From assembly GCA_043808015.1 (NCBI GenBank), contig JAZDFI010000007.1:10834-74833 (forward strand): DNA of 64,000 nt. The letters are read 5' to 3'. Of this stretch, positions 27,942 to 37,483 are shown piece after piece. Below the pieces are notes generated by a model that was given only the letters and a program-made list of their open reading frames with translations, searched no databases and was not told the DNA's origin. The DNA is from Candidatus Aenigmatarchaeota archaeon. GTDB taxonomy: Archaea; Aenigmatarchaeota; Aenigmatarchaeia; QMZP01; QMZT01. A program made the position numbers and the translations under genes. Each line of letters starts with the position of its first letter. Position 1 is the first letter of the stretch.

Positions 27942-28892
27942 TTGCCCGGCCATGAAGCCGAGCGCCTTTTCAGCGAGCGTGTTGTAAATCCTGATCTCGT
28001 CTTTTGTAAGCTCGTAAATCCGCCCTCCGGGCAGATACATTTTGTTGGCGAATCTTTGCTCGTATATGGGGTGGCACGTCTCGCCGAAAAGATCGTCGAG
28101 GAAGCTGTATATGCCAAGCACCTGGAACGAAACCGGATCCTGCGGTGAATACTCCAGTAGCGTGTTTCTGATGTCAACTTTGTGGTGCGGGTATGGCTTT
28201 TCCTTGTATTCGAGATGTGGTTGGTCAAGTTGTCTCATCACTATGTTTGCTCTGCCCATCTGTCGTTCTCGTCTGCTTTCGTCTCCCATGAGCACGAGCC
28301 TTATCTTGGCCCAGTCGTTTATCGAGGCCACGTTTCTCACGTAGTCCCTGATTGCCTTCGGGTCCTCGAGGCCTTCTGCCGGCGCGCTTTTGTAATGGGC
28401 TACTCTTTTGGCCACCTTGCGCACGCCCCTGTCCGTCATCTTAAGGCCTGTGAAAATCATCATGTTCTCCTTTGCAGGCACGCACAATTTCAGGTTGAGG
28501 TTTTCCCCGGAAAGGTAAGGTGTTTTTTCATTTTTCATTCTTGCCTGTTCGTCATCGAGAAGCCTCTTGTAGTGTGAAAGGTCCGCGTCGAGGTTGTACG
28601 CAGTTTTGCCTATCCTGTCAATCATTCTCTTTCTGAAAGCGTGATAATTGGCGAATTTTTCTTCTTCCTTGGATGCACAGTGGTTGCCCATGAGCATGCC
28701 GCCGATGCGCTGCACGTTTTCCAGGTTCTCGTGCCTCCTTTCTTCGAGCTGCTTTCTTATGATATCACCGTGGGACGAAGCGATGCCTATGCCCCAAGGG
28801 TCCATTACCTCCATCATGAGCTGGGACGTGTTGAGCGTTTCGAGGTATTTCTTCACGTCTTCCTCATGCCTAGGTAGTTCTATTTCTGACAT
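27930..28892 (-). CDS. Hypothetical protein, possibly with a degenerate RelA/SpoT-like nucleotidyltransferase domain
   Basis: Motif order K..R, INDWAKIRLV, PVSFQV, G...HPIYE. Confidence 0.55.
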   Translation of the reverse strand: MSEIELPRHEEDVKKYLETLNTSQLMMEVMDPWGIGIASSHGDIIRKQLEERRHENLENVQRIGGMLMGNHCASKEEEKFANYHAFRKRMIDRIGKTAYNLDADLSHYKRLLDDEQARMKNEKTPYLSGENLNLKLCVPAKENMMIFTGLKMTDRGVRKVAKRVAHYKSAPAEGLEDPKAIRDYVRNVASINDWAKIRLVLMGDESRRERQMGRANIVMRQLDQPHLEYKEKPYPHHKVDIRNTLLEYSPQDPVSFQVLGIYSFLDDLFGETCHPIYEQRFANKMYLPGGRIYELTKDEIRIYNTLAEKALGFMAGQSSA

Positions 28893-28975
28893 AATTTTAG
28901 TATGTTTTAGTAGTTAATAAAGCTTCATTTTAGCTTCGGGGCGGCATTTTTATATAATCCGCGCCTTCTCTAATT

Positions 28976-29926
28976 ATGGCCAAAATAAAGAGCGGATTCG
29001 CATCCGCAACATGCACAAAATGCGGGAAAAAAGCGGTATACCACAGGCGATACGAGGGGACGTATCTCTGCCGCGGCCACTTCATCCAGAGCGTGGAAGA
29101 CAAGGTGCGCAAGACCATGCGCAAGGGCAGGATGATAGGGCACGGAGAGACTGTCGCCTTCGCCGTTTCAGGAGGCAAGGATTCGACGGCCGCGTTGTAC
29201 ATGCTGCACAAAATCCTGCGCAAGCGGCGAGACGTAGCGATGTTTGCCATAACCATAGACGAGGGCATCCCCGGTTACCGCGACGAGAGCCTGAAAATCG
29301 CGGGCAAGCTGTGCAAAAAACTCGGCATAAAGCATCATGTTTTTTCATTCGAAAGCGAGTTCGCCAGGCCGCTGAGCGACGTCGTCAAGGGTCTTAAAAA
29401 ATCCGGCAAGTGGGAGGGGACGGCATGCACCTATTGCGGGCTCGCCCGCCGCTGGCTGCTGAACAGGAAAGCGAGGGAGCTTGGGGCGAACAAGATCGTG
29501 TTCGGCATGAACCTCGACGACGAGGTGCAGGGCATAATGATGGACTACATACGCGGCGACCTGATGCGCCTGGCGCGCATGGGAGGCGAGCCGCTGGTCC
29601 AGAGCAGGCTTTTCGTGCCGCGCATAAAGCCTTTCCGCGAAATCCCGGAGCGCGAGATCGGGCTTTACGCCATACTAAACGGACTCGAAATACAGGAGAA
29701 CGAGTGCCCTTATATCGAAGGGCCGCGGTTCAAGGTGCGCGACTTCCTGAACACGCTCGAATCAGAGAGCCCGGGCACGAAATTCTCGGTGCTCAACACG
29801 TTCCTGCGCTTGGCTCCTGGCATACGAGACGTCATAAAGCGCGACGGCTTCGAGCTGCTGCGCTGCGAGAAGTGCGGCGAGCCCAGCTCGCAGAAGGTAT
29901 GCAAGACGTGCGAGCTGTGGAGATAG
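28976..29926 (+). CDS. ncsA: tRNA 2-thiolation protein (NcsA/TtuA/Ncs6, TIGR00269-type)
   Basis: CTKC..C..HF; SGGKDS PP-loop; CTYCG..RR; ECPY; C-terminal CEKCG..CKTC. Confidence 0.9.
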   Translation: MAKIKSGFASATCTKCGKKAVYHRRYEGTYLCRGHFIQSVEDKVRKTMRKGRMIGHGETVAFAVSGGKDSTAALYMLHKILRKRRDVAMFAITIDEGIPGYRDESLKIAGKLCKKLGIKHHVFSFESEFARPLSDVVKGLKKSGKWEGTACTYCGLARRWLLNRKARELGANKIVFGMNLDDEVQGIMMDYIRGDLMRLARMGGEPLVQSRLFVPRIKPFREIPEREIGLYAILNGLEIQENECPYIEGPRFKVRDFLNTLESESPGTKFSVLNTFLRLAPGIRDVIKRDGFELLRCEKCGEPSSQKVCKTCELWR

Positions 29927-29996
29927 CCGCCTGAACGGTCAAAAACGGCTAAATAACCTTTTTAAATATATTTTCACTATTTAATGATGATAACAT

Positions 29997-30275
29997 ATGG
30001 ACACGATGAAAAAATACAGAATGCCCAATAATTTAACACAAATAACAATCAATGGCATCACGATACCGCTGAACCAAGAAGCGAATATGCTGATTTTGCA
30101 GTATGATGATGTTTCAATCGGAATATATCAGCAGAGAGTTGTAGACCATCCGGAAACAGGAAAGATAGATGGCGTTGCCCAGAATTTCGGCCACAACGTA
30201 AGGAAAATCGGCATTGAATACAAAGAAAATCTTATGCAATTTCTCAGAGAGAATGAATTCGTAGAAATAATATAA
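29997..30275 (+). CDS. Hypothetical (orphan, AT-rich) protein
   Basis: 92-aa ORF with upstream TTTTAAATA box. Confidence 0.55.
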   Translation: MDTMKKYRMPNNLTQITINGITIPLNQEANMLILQYDDVSIGIYQQRVVDHPETGKIDGVAQNFGHNVRKIGIEYKENLMQFLRENEFVEII

Positions 30276-30309
30276 GCAACTTATTAAATCATCGTTTAAT
30301 CTTATTCTC

Positions 30310-30945
30310 ATGCAATACGAAGATGCGAATGCGTCCAGTAAAAAAATAATCCAGCGGGGCGCTGAGGCGATTCTCTACATGAGAGACGGCGAGCTGGTGA
30401 AGGAGCGCGTCGCCAAAGGCTATCGAATAGCACAGCTCGACGTGAAGATACGCAGACAGCGGACGCGCGCCGAAGCGAAGCTCATGGAGCGGGCGAGGAC
30501 GAGCGAGGTGAAGGTCCCGCACGTGCGCATCGAGGGCGACTACTCGCTCGTCATGGATTACATAAACGGCAGGAAACTTAAGGACGTTCTCAACGCGATG
30601 GACACGGAGACGCGCAGTAAGACGTGCGAGGAAGTCGGCGCGCTTATCGCTGGCCTCCACATCGCGGGCATCATACACGGCGACCTGACGACCTCGAACA
30701 TGATTCTGAGCGGAAGCGATAACCGCGTTTACCTTATAGACTTCGGCCTCGGGAAATTCTCGCAATCGGCCGAGGACCGCGCGGTAGACCTTTTCCTGCT
30801 TTATGAAGCGCTGAAATCCACGCATTTCGTCATTCTCGACGAATGCTGGGAAAGCGTGCTGGCCGCTTATGTGGATTGTTTTACTGCTTCGAAAGACGTC
30901 CTGGCGAGGATGGAAACTATTAAAAAAAGGCGAAGATATAAATAA
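30310..30945 (+). CDS. bud32: KEOPS kinase Bud32 (stand-alone)
   Basis: GAEA, KGYR...D, HGDLTTSN, IDFGL, DRAVDL, RRRY. Confidence 0.94.
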   Translation: MQYEDANASSKKIIQRGAEAILYMRDGELVKERVAKGYRIAQLDVKIRRQRTRAEAKLMERARTSEVKVPHVRIEGDYSLVMDYINGRKLKDVLNAMDTETRSKTCEEVGALIAGLHIAGIIHGDLTTSNMILSGSDNRVYLIDFGLGKFSQSAEDRAVDLFLLYEALKSTHFVILDECWESVLAAYVDCFTASKDVLARMETIKKRRRYK

Positions 30946-31022
30946 GTATCCTTTTATATAATGTGTATATCTATAATAACCAATAAAATTATCATTTAGG
31001 ATTCAGGATTGCAGGTGGAAAA

Positions 31023-31907
31023 GTGACTAAAAAGAAACTCAAGCATGAAGAAACCGGAGCGGAAATGGAGAAGAAGGAAGAAAACCTGGAAGACGCAGCC
31101 CAGGAAACTGCCCAGACCGAACTCGAAGTTGCAGAGGAGAAAGTCCAGGAAGCTGTCGAGGGAACGGCCGAGAAAAAGGAAGCCGTGACCGAAGAGGTTG
31201 AGGAGCAGATAAAGAAAGGCCCCGAATACGATTCGCCGCAGAGGCGAAGGGCTGTGGAAAGGGTTTCCTCATGGATGCCGAGGACTGAACTGGGAAAAGA
31301 AGTGGTCAGCGGCAAGTTCAAGGACATCAAAGACCTGCTTTCAAAAGGCAAAATAATTCTCGAGTCACAGATTGTCGATTATCTTGTTCCGGACCTGCAG
31401 GAAGAGCTTATTCACATAGGCGGCACGCCCGGCAAGGGAGGCGGTATTCGCAGGACGCCTACCAGAATGACAGCCAGGATGCACAAATCGGGCAGGAGAT
31501 TCAAGCTCACAGCGGTCGTCGCAGTAGGGAATGGCGACGGTGTTATAGGCATAGGCAAGGCCTCGTCAAACGAACACAGGACTGCTATCGAAAAAGCGTT
31601 GCAACAGGCGAAACTGAGCGTCATAAGCGTCCGCAGGGGCTGCGGCTCGTGGGAGTGCAACTGCGGCGGGGCGCATTCTATTCCTTTCAAGACGAGGGGC
31701 AAGACAGGCTCCGTCGTGATAGTGCTCACGCCCACGCCGATGGGTGTAGGCATAGTGGCCGACAAGGAAAGCAAGAAGATGCTCAAGCTCGCCGGCGTAA
31801 AAGACATCCGCTCAAAGATTTCAGGCCAGTCGTGCACGAGGATAAACCTCGCACTGGCTATGTTCGAGGCCCTGAAGAACCTGAGCAGGACGAAGGGTGA
31901 TATCTGA
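31023..31907 (+). CDS. rps5: 30S ribosomal protein S5 with acidic N-terminal extension
   Basis: WMPRTELG, SGRR, RRGCGSWEC.C..HSIPF. Confidence 0.96.
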   Translation: MTKKKLKHEETGAEMEKKEENLEDAAQETAQTELEVAEEKVQEAVEGTAEKKEAVTEEVEEQIKKGPEYDSPQRRRAVERVSSWMPRTELGKEVVSGKFKDIKDLLSKGKIILESQIVDYLVPDLQEELIHIGGTPGKGGGIRRTPTRMTARMHKSGRRFKLTAVVAVGNGDGVIGIGKASSNEHRTAIEKALQQAKLSVISVRRGCGSWECNCGGAHSIPFKTRGKTGSVVIVLTPTPMGVGIVADKESKKMLKLAGVKDIRSKISGQSCTRINLALAMFEALKNLSRTKGDI

Positions 31908-32338
31908 TGATGATAGCTGTCATAAGGGTCCGCGGCACAGTCGACAAGAAAAAGGAAATCAACGACACGATGAAGATGATGCGCCTCACGCGCGTGAACC
32001 ACTGCGTCATCGTCAGGAAAGAGCCGCAGATCGAGGGTATGATAAAAAAGGTCAAGGACTTCGTCACGTGGGGCGAGATCAGCGAGGCGACGCTCGAGAA
32101 GCTGGTCGCTGCCCGCGGCCGCATGGAAGGCGACAGGAAGCTTGACGAAACAACTGCGAAAGAAATCGCCGGCACTATAAAGAAAAATAAAAACATGAAT
32201 GGTATCAAGGGTTTCAAGCCTCTTTTCAGGCTCAGCCCGCCGAAGAAGGGATACGAAGGCATTAAGCGCGCGTTCCCGAAGGGCGCGCTGGGCTACAGGG
32301 GCGACAAGATAAACAAGCTTATTGAAAGGATGATGTAA
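31907..32338 (+). CDS. rpl30: 50S ribosomal protein L30
   Basis: AVIRVRG, VTWGE, FRLSPPKKG. Confidence 0.96.
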   Translation: MMIAVIRVRGTVDKKKEINDTMKMMRLTRVNHCVIVRKEPQIEGMIKKVKDFVTWGEISEATLEKLVAARGRMEGDRKLDETTAKEIAGTIKKNKNMNGIKGFKPLFRLSPPKKGYEGIKRAFPKGALGYRGDKINKLIERMM

Positions 32339-32764
32339 ATGGCGAACAGGAAAAAGAAGATAGAAAAGAAGCGCGGCACGCGCACATGCGGCTACGGCGG
32401 CATGCGCAAGCGAAGGGGTAAAGGCGTGCGCGGCGGCAAGGGTTACTCCGGCGGTTTCAAGCACATGAAGTCATGGCTTCAAAAGCATGAGCCGAACCAT
32501 CTCGGCAAGCGCGGCTTCACGCCCAAGAGCGACAAATGCGTCAAGGAAGTGAGGTTCATCAACCTCAGCAGCCTCGAAGATCTGGCGCTGAAAAACGGCA
32601 AGACCGAGATAAACCTGGCTGAATTCGGCTTCGACAAGGTCCTCGGCTCCGGCTTGATAACAAAGGCTTTGTCAGTGACGGCGAAGGCGTTCTCGGTGCA
32701 CGCGAAGGAAAAGATAGAGGAAGCCGGCGGCAAGGCCATCGCAGAAGGCGAAGGCAGCGAGTGA
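32339..32764 (+). CDS. rpl15: 50S ribosomal protein L15
   Basis: RGTRTCGYG..RG.G.RGGKG; KVLGSG; KIEEAGG. Confidence 0.96.
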   Translation: MANRKKKIEKKRGTRTCGYGGMRKRRGKGVRGGKGYSGGFKHMKSWLQKHEPNHLGKRGFTPKSDKCVKEVRFINLSSLEDLALKNGKTEINLAEFGFDKVLGSGLITKALSVTAKAFSVHAKEKIEEAGGKAIAEGEGSE

Positions 32765-32774
32765 TTTTTTCATA

Positions 32775-32915
32775 ATGCACGCCAAGAAATGCCCGGTATG
32801 CGGGTCGGATGACATAACTTTCTGGATGGGCGCGAAGCTGGGCGTCCAGTACGCGTGCAAGAAATGCGGTTACCACGGACCGCTGATAGTTGAAGAAGAC
32901 CTCCGCGAAAAATGA
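32775..32915 (+). CDS. 46-aa CPxCG zinc-finger protein (not in ORF track)
   Basis: MHAKKCPVCGSDDITFWMGAKLGVQYACKKCGYHGPLIVEEDLREK. Confidence 0.75.
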   Translation: MHAKKCPVCGSDDITFWMGAKLGVQYACKKCGYHGPLIVEEDLREK

Positions 32916-33012
32916 ACAAAACCTATTTTAGCAAACCTTATAAATATATTTATCAATTTAACAGAATAATTGAATTTAACTTAATCAGTAAATACTTGAT
33001 TTAGGTTTTTGC

Positions 33013-34560
33013 ATGGGACTTGAAGATGGATATATCGGCGTGCTGAAGAGGCTGCCAGGCGTATCAGAGCCTCTGAAGCGACAGAGTTTCAAGGAAAAGC
33101 TGAAGTGGACGGGCATCGCGCTGCTGATTTACTTCGCGATGACGCAGGTCACCATCTTCGGCATATCGAAGACGAACTACGAATATTTCAAATACCTTGA
33201 AATCCTGCTCGGCTCGACCTTCGGCTCGCTGGTCACCTTGGGTATCGGCCCCATAGTCACGGCGTCCATTATTCTTCAGCTGCTTGTCGGCTCCAAGATA
33301 ATACCATGGAACCTCGCGGAGCAGAAGGGCAAGACTCTTTTCCAGGGCACGCAGAAGCTTCTCGCCATAGCGCTCTGCCTCATAGAAGGTTATGTTTACG
33401 TAGCCTTCGGCGCGATAAGCGCTGCGTCCGGAATGGCTCCTCTGGTTGTGTTACAACTAGCGATGGGCGGATGGATAGTCCTGTTCATGGACGAGGTCGT
33501 CTCGAAATGGGGCTTCGGCTCGGGCATAAGCCTTTTCATAGTCGCCGGCGTAGCGAAGACGATGGTCATCCGCGCCTTCAATCCCCTCACGTCGGACGGC
33601 TCGATTTCGACGGGCATCCAGAACCCGCCGTCTGGAGCGATACCCAACGCAGCCGTCCTCATGGGCGCGGGCGAACCGCTCAGCGCGTTCTTAGTCCTTC
33701 TTCCCGTCATAGCGACGGTGATCGTTTTCCTGTTAGTCGTTTACGTTCAGGCTATTCGCGTCGAGATTCCGCTCGCTTTTTCGACGGTGCGCGGCTTCGG
33801 CAGGCGCTGGCCTCTCAAGTTCCTTTACACTTCAAACATCCCGGTCATACTCATAGGCGCGCTGCTGGCGAACGTGCAGGTGTTTGCTAAGATGCTCGCG
33901 CAGCAGGGCGGCAACGAATGGCTCGGCACCTTCGATACGAGCGGCCAGATAACCGGAGGCCTGATATTTTTCCTTTCACATCCGCGAACGACCGCGATTG
34001 CGGGCACGATGATATCAATAGGCCTTTTCGCTTTGCTCGGGGCGCTGCTCGTTTATTACACCAAGAAGAAGATGAGCGCCGGCATTAAGATAGTGTTCGG
34101 CTTCGGCGTGCTGGGTGCGCTTGTGTGGTATTTCTCCATGCTTTCCATGGGTCTGACGTCGCTGGTCAACATAGCCCCCATAGACATAGTCAGGCTCATA
34201 ACGTACGCGCTGTTCATGATAGTCGGCTCGGTCATATTCTCGTATTTCTGGGTCAGCACTGCGGGCATGGACTCCAAGACAGTCGCGTCGCAGATAGAAT
34301 CGACGGGCATGCAAATCCCGGGCTTCAGGCGCGACATCAGGATTATAGAAAAGGTGCTGGACCGTTACATACCTGCGCTTTCCGTGCTTGGTGGTGCGAC
34401 TGTCGGGTTCCTTGCTTCGTTCGCCGACTTCACAGACGCGCTCGGAACTGGAACCGGCATACTTTTGGCAGTCATGATAATATACCAGCTTTACGAGCAG
34501 ATATCGATGCAGCACATGGAAGACATGCACCCGGCCCTCAAGAGATTCTTCTCGAAGTAA
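33013..34560 (+). CDS. secY: Preprotein translocase subunit SecY
   Basis: LGIGPIVTASIILQLL, GSGISLFI, YTSNIP, QIPGFRRD, GTGTGILL. Confidence 0.97.
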   Translation: MGLEDGYIGVLKRLPGVSEPLKRQSFKEKLKWTGIALLIYFAMTQVTIFGISKTNYEYFKYLEILLGSTFGSLVTLGIGPIVTASIILQLLVGSKIIPWNLAEQKGKTLFQGTQKLLAIALCLIEGYVYVAFGAISAASGMAPLVVLQLAMGGWIVLFMDEVVSKWGFGSGISLFIVAGVAKTMVIRAFNPLTSDGSISTGIQNPPSGAIPNAAVLMGAGEPLSAFLVLLPVIATVIVFLLVVYVQAIRVEIPLAFSTVRGFGRRWPLKFLYTSNIPVILIGALLANVQVFAKMLAQQGGNEWLGTFDTSGQITGGLIFFLSHPRTTAIAGTMISIGLFALLGALLVYYTKKKMSAGIKIVFGFGVLGALVWYFSMLSMGLTSLVNIAPIDIVRLITYALFMIVGSVIFSYFWVSTAGMDSKTVASQIESTGMQIPGFRRDIRIIEKVLDRYIPALSVLGGATVGFLASFADFTDALGTGTGILLAVMIIYQLYEQISMQHMEDMHPALKRFFSK

Positions 34561-34605
34561 AAGCAACCGGAACGCCGTGTTTTTAGCGGTTGCGGATTTG
34601 ATAGA

Positions 34606-35070
34606 ATGAAAAAACCAAAAATAGCCATCAAGAATCCCCGCGATGGAAAAATCGCCGAACTAGCAAAGAAGACCGGCCACAAGGTGCTGGCAACGTGGGC
34701 CCTTGACTGCGCCGAGCGCGTATTGCCTTATTTTGAGAGCAAGTATCCGGAAGACGAACGTCCGCGGACCGCGATTGAAGCGGGCCGGGCCTGGGTCAGG
34801 ACGGGTGTGTTCAGTATGGCGGTAATACGCAAGGCAGCGCTTGATTCGCATGCCGCGGCACGCGAGGCGAAGGATGATGCAGCCCACTCAGCCGCCCGCG
34901 CCGCAGGACAAGCCGTCGCGGCAGCGCACGTCCCTGCTCACGCTCTCGCCGCCGCAGCATATGCGGCCACTGTTATTCGTGACGCCGAACCAGCGGGTGA
35001 CGCTGCTGTGGCCAAAGAACGGGAATGGCAGTATCAGCATTTGGTAAAACTTGGAAAAATAAAAAAATAA
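34606..35070 (+). CDS. Imm5-like putative immunity protein
   Basis: WALDCAERVL..FE...DERPR.AIE..RAW; AARAAGQAVA.AHV..H. Confidence 0.75.
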   Translation: MKKPKIAIKNPRDGKIAELAKKTGHKVLATWALDCAERVLPYFESKYPEDERPRTAIEAGRAWVRTGVFSMAVIRKAALDSHAAAREAKDDAAHSAARAAGQAVAAAHVPAHALAAAAYAATVIRDAEPAGDAAVAKEREWQYQHLVKLGKIKK

Positions 35071-35073
35071 TTA

Positions 35074-36984
35074 TCACGCGAACTTATCGAGGTCGTCGAC
35101 GTCTTCGGAAACGACCGTCGTCTTCCTGAACTTGAAGTACCAGAGGAAGACGCCTGCGACCACCACGATCACGGTTATGATGATTATCCACGTGAGGTCA
35201 ATCGCTGGAGCGGCTCCGCCAGCTTCGAGCATGTCCATTTTAGCCTGCGCCTTCTGGTAGTATTCGTTCGCCTGGGCGTAGTTGCCCAGCACCAGGGCGC
35301 TTTCAGCCTTGGAAATGTCCGAGCCGATATCGCTTCTCACGGTTTCGGAAATGCTCTTGCCCGCAAGCGCGTAGGAAAGGTCTGTTATGTCCCCGGAAAT
35401 GTTGTCGTAGCAGTTGAGAACCACCAGTACGCTAGCAGTCTCGCCTCCTGCCTTTATGTTTATCAGGCCCTCGTATTTTCCGGCGCCGGACGGGGTGATG
35501 GATATCTCGACTGTCTCGTAATCGCCTGCCGCGACGGAAAGATCGGAAACAGGGACGTCAATGTAGCCGCTCATATCGAGCGTCTCGAGGTACTGGTCGC
35601 CGCCTCCGGTGTCCTCCACGTCGTAGCTGAAGCCCGTGAGGCCGGCAGCGCCGCTGTTGCTGACGCGGATTTCGTGATAAACAGGATCGCCGTCTATGCA
35701 ATCCCTGGAGAGAATCATCGTCTCTTTGCTGATAGACAAACTCTTGCTGCCCGTGCATGCCTGCCCGGGTTTCATCACCGTTATTGAAACGGGTATCGCG
35801 AGTTCGAGGCCGTCACCGGATTTGACCGTCACCTTGCCATCGACATCCGCTTTGATGTTAGGCACGTCTATGCTTATCGTCGTGGCTTCGAGCGGGCCTA
35901 AAGACGATTTACCCAGGTCGACGTAGCTGTCCTTCAGGTCGCCTGACACGGAAACTGATATGTTCGTCGAGTTCTGCCTGAGATTCCTTATTTGTATGGT
36001 TTGCGAGAAATCTTTAGACTCGTTGACGACGGCATAAATGGAATCCGGTATGAGCTCGAAGAATTCCACTATCGAAAATTTCGCCGTCTTGGCAAGCGGG
36101 CTGAGCGTGCGGATCTCGTATTCGCCCTCGGGCCAGTTGCCCTCGGACACGAAATCGTAAGAGAACGTGTGGTCGGAAGCGACTGAAACAGAAAAATCTT
36201 TCGCCTTTTTCCCGTCCGGGTAACGTATTTCTCCCGTTACGCTGGCGGCGCTTGACGTGCCTGTCACAACGACCTTCTCCCCGGTCCAGTATTCAGCCTT
36301 GCCGGCTTGCATGGTGAGATAGTCGCCTGAAGGGATCTCGATTCTTTTTAACGTGCTGCCATACGTTCCGGACTCGTTGACCATGAACGTGAAGTAGTAT
36401 ACACCCGGGTTGAGCGTGATGTTGCCGGCATAGCGGGCCTGGATGACATCGTATTCTAGCGGGCGCTCGGTCTGGTATATGCTCAGGTCCTCCTTGTATA
36501 TGCTGTATTTCATCCAGGCTTTCTGGGCCATGTAGAAGAACATGTATACGGTGTTGTCCACCTTGTTCACGCCCGTGAGCGGGACTGAGACTGTCGATAT
36601 GTTAAGCGGGATGGTCTTGTTAGTCGCGCCGCTGGGTGTTATGACGTTGATATACATCTCGGTCGGGCCCGCATTGAAGAAGGGCGACGGTCCGCAGGTC
36701 GCGTTGCCGTCGCTGTTGGAGAAATAACAGAGTCCCTTGCCGTCCGTTGTTGTCGGGAAAGAGCCGAGGCCTATGCTGCCCGTATTATATACTGACCACG
36801 TGATGCGCATCGGCTTTTCAGTCGTCTTCGGATCGACTTTTATCAGGACCGCCGAGTTGACGGAAAGCACCTTCTCGTCAGGCAGTATGATGACATCGGG
36901 GCTGTCGGCGCGGGCAAAACCCGGCACCAGCAAAAAAGCAACGGCTAAAAGTAAAACTAACCCAAAAATCCAACCCCTTTTCAT
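35074..36984 (-). CDS. Cell-surface protein with Ig-like repeats and C-terminal TM anchor
   Basis: Signal peptide; beta-rich; C-terminal hydrophobic helix followed by KFRK. Confidence 0.8.
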   Translation of the reverse strand: MKRGWIFGLVLLLAVAFLLVPGFARADSPDVIILPDEKVLSVNSAVLIKVDPKTTEKPMRITWSVYNTGSIGLGSFPTTTDGKGLCYFSNSDGNATCGPSPFFNAGPTEMYINVITPSGATNKTIPLNISTVSVPLTGVNKVDNTVYMFFYMAQKAWMKYSIYKEDLSIYQTERPLEYDVIQARYAGNITLNPGVYYFTFMVNESGTYGSTLKRIEIPSGDYLTMQAGKAEYWTGEKVVVTGTSSAASVTGEIRYPDGKKAKDFSVSVASDHTFSYDFVSEGNWPEGEYEIRTLSPLAKTAKFSIVEFFELIPDSIYAVVNESKDFSQTIQIRNLRQNSTNISVSVSGDLKDSYVDLGKSSLGPLEATTISIDVPNIKADVDGKVTVKSGDGLELAIPVSITVMKPGQACTGSKSLSISKETMILSRDCIDGDPVYHEIRVSNSGAAGLTGFSYDVEDTGGGDQYLETLDMSGYIDVPVSDLSVAAGDYETVEISITPSGAGKYEGLINIKAGGETASVLVVLNCYDNISGDITDLSYALAGKSISETVRSDIGSDISKAESALVLGNYAQANEYYQKAQAKMDMLEAGGAAPAIDLTWIIIITVIVVVAGVFLWYFKFRKTTVVSEDVDDLDKFA

Positions 36985-37102
36985 AATAATAATTGTCTTA
37001 CAGAGGTTAATAAATGGCGCGAGGAATGACGCGAGCCGGTGGATGCCCGGACCCCGCTCAGCAATTTAAATCGGGCCGCCACCCTATTATTGAGGGGATT
37101 TT

Positions 37103-37426
37103 ATGGAAATTGAAATGAAAGATTTCGAGAAAATCGAACTGAAAGTTGGGGAGATAATAAGGGCCGACGAGATAGCGGGTTCGGACAAGCTTTACAAGCT
37201 CGAAGTCGACGTTGGCGGCAAGCAGATAACCTTGGTGGCCGGCGTGAAGAATCATTACGAAAAAGAGAAGCTGGCCGGCAAGAAGATAGTCGTGCTCACC
37301 AACCTCAGGCCGACGCTCATAAAAGGCGTGACGTCCGAGGGCATGCTGCTCGCGGCTGTCAAGAACGACACGGTCCATCTCGTCACCGTCGACAAAGGCG
37401 CCGAGGTCGGAGCAGACGTCGCATAA
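37103..37426 (+). CDS. tRNA-binding OB protein (Trbp111 / MetRS C-terminal-like)
   Basis: DFEKIELKVG, DKLYKL.VD.G, NL.P..IKGV.SEGMLLA. Confidence 0.9.
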   Translation: MEIEMKDFEKIELKVGEIIRADEIAGSDKLYKLEVDVGGKQITLVAGVKNHYEKEKLAGKKIVVLTNLRPTLIKGVTSEGMLLAAVKNDTVHLVTVDKGAEVGADVA

Positions 37427-37483
37427 AGGCGCGCGAAAACCTGGCTAACCATCCGTTTTTAAAATTTATTCTTATCGTATTCT

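Noticed and set aside
28911-28946. Degenerate 3'-end remnants of SAMP (here), M50 (about 14261-14278) and Lrp (about 60778-60798)
   Set aside because: The similarity needs gaps or frameshifts and is too weak to assert without alignment statistics.
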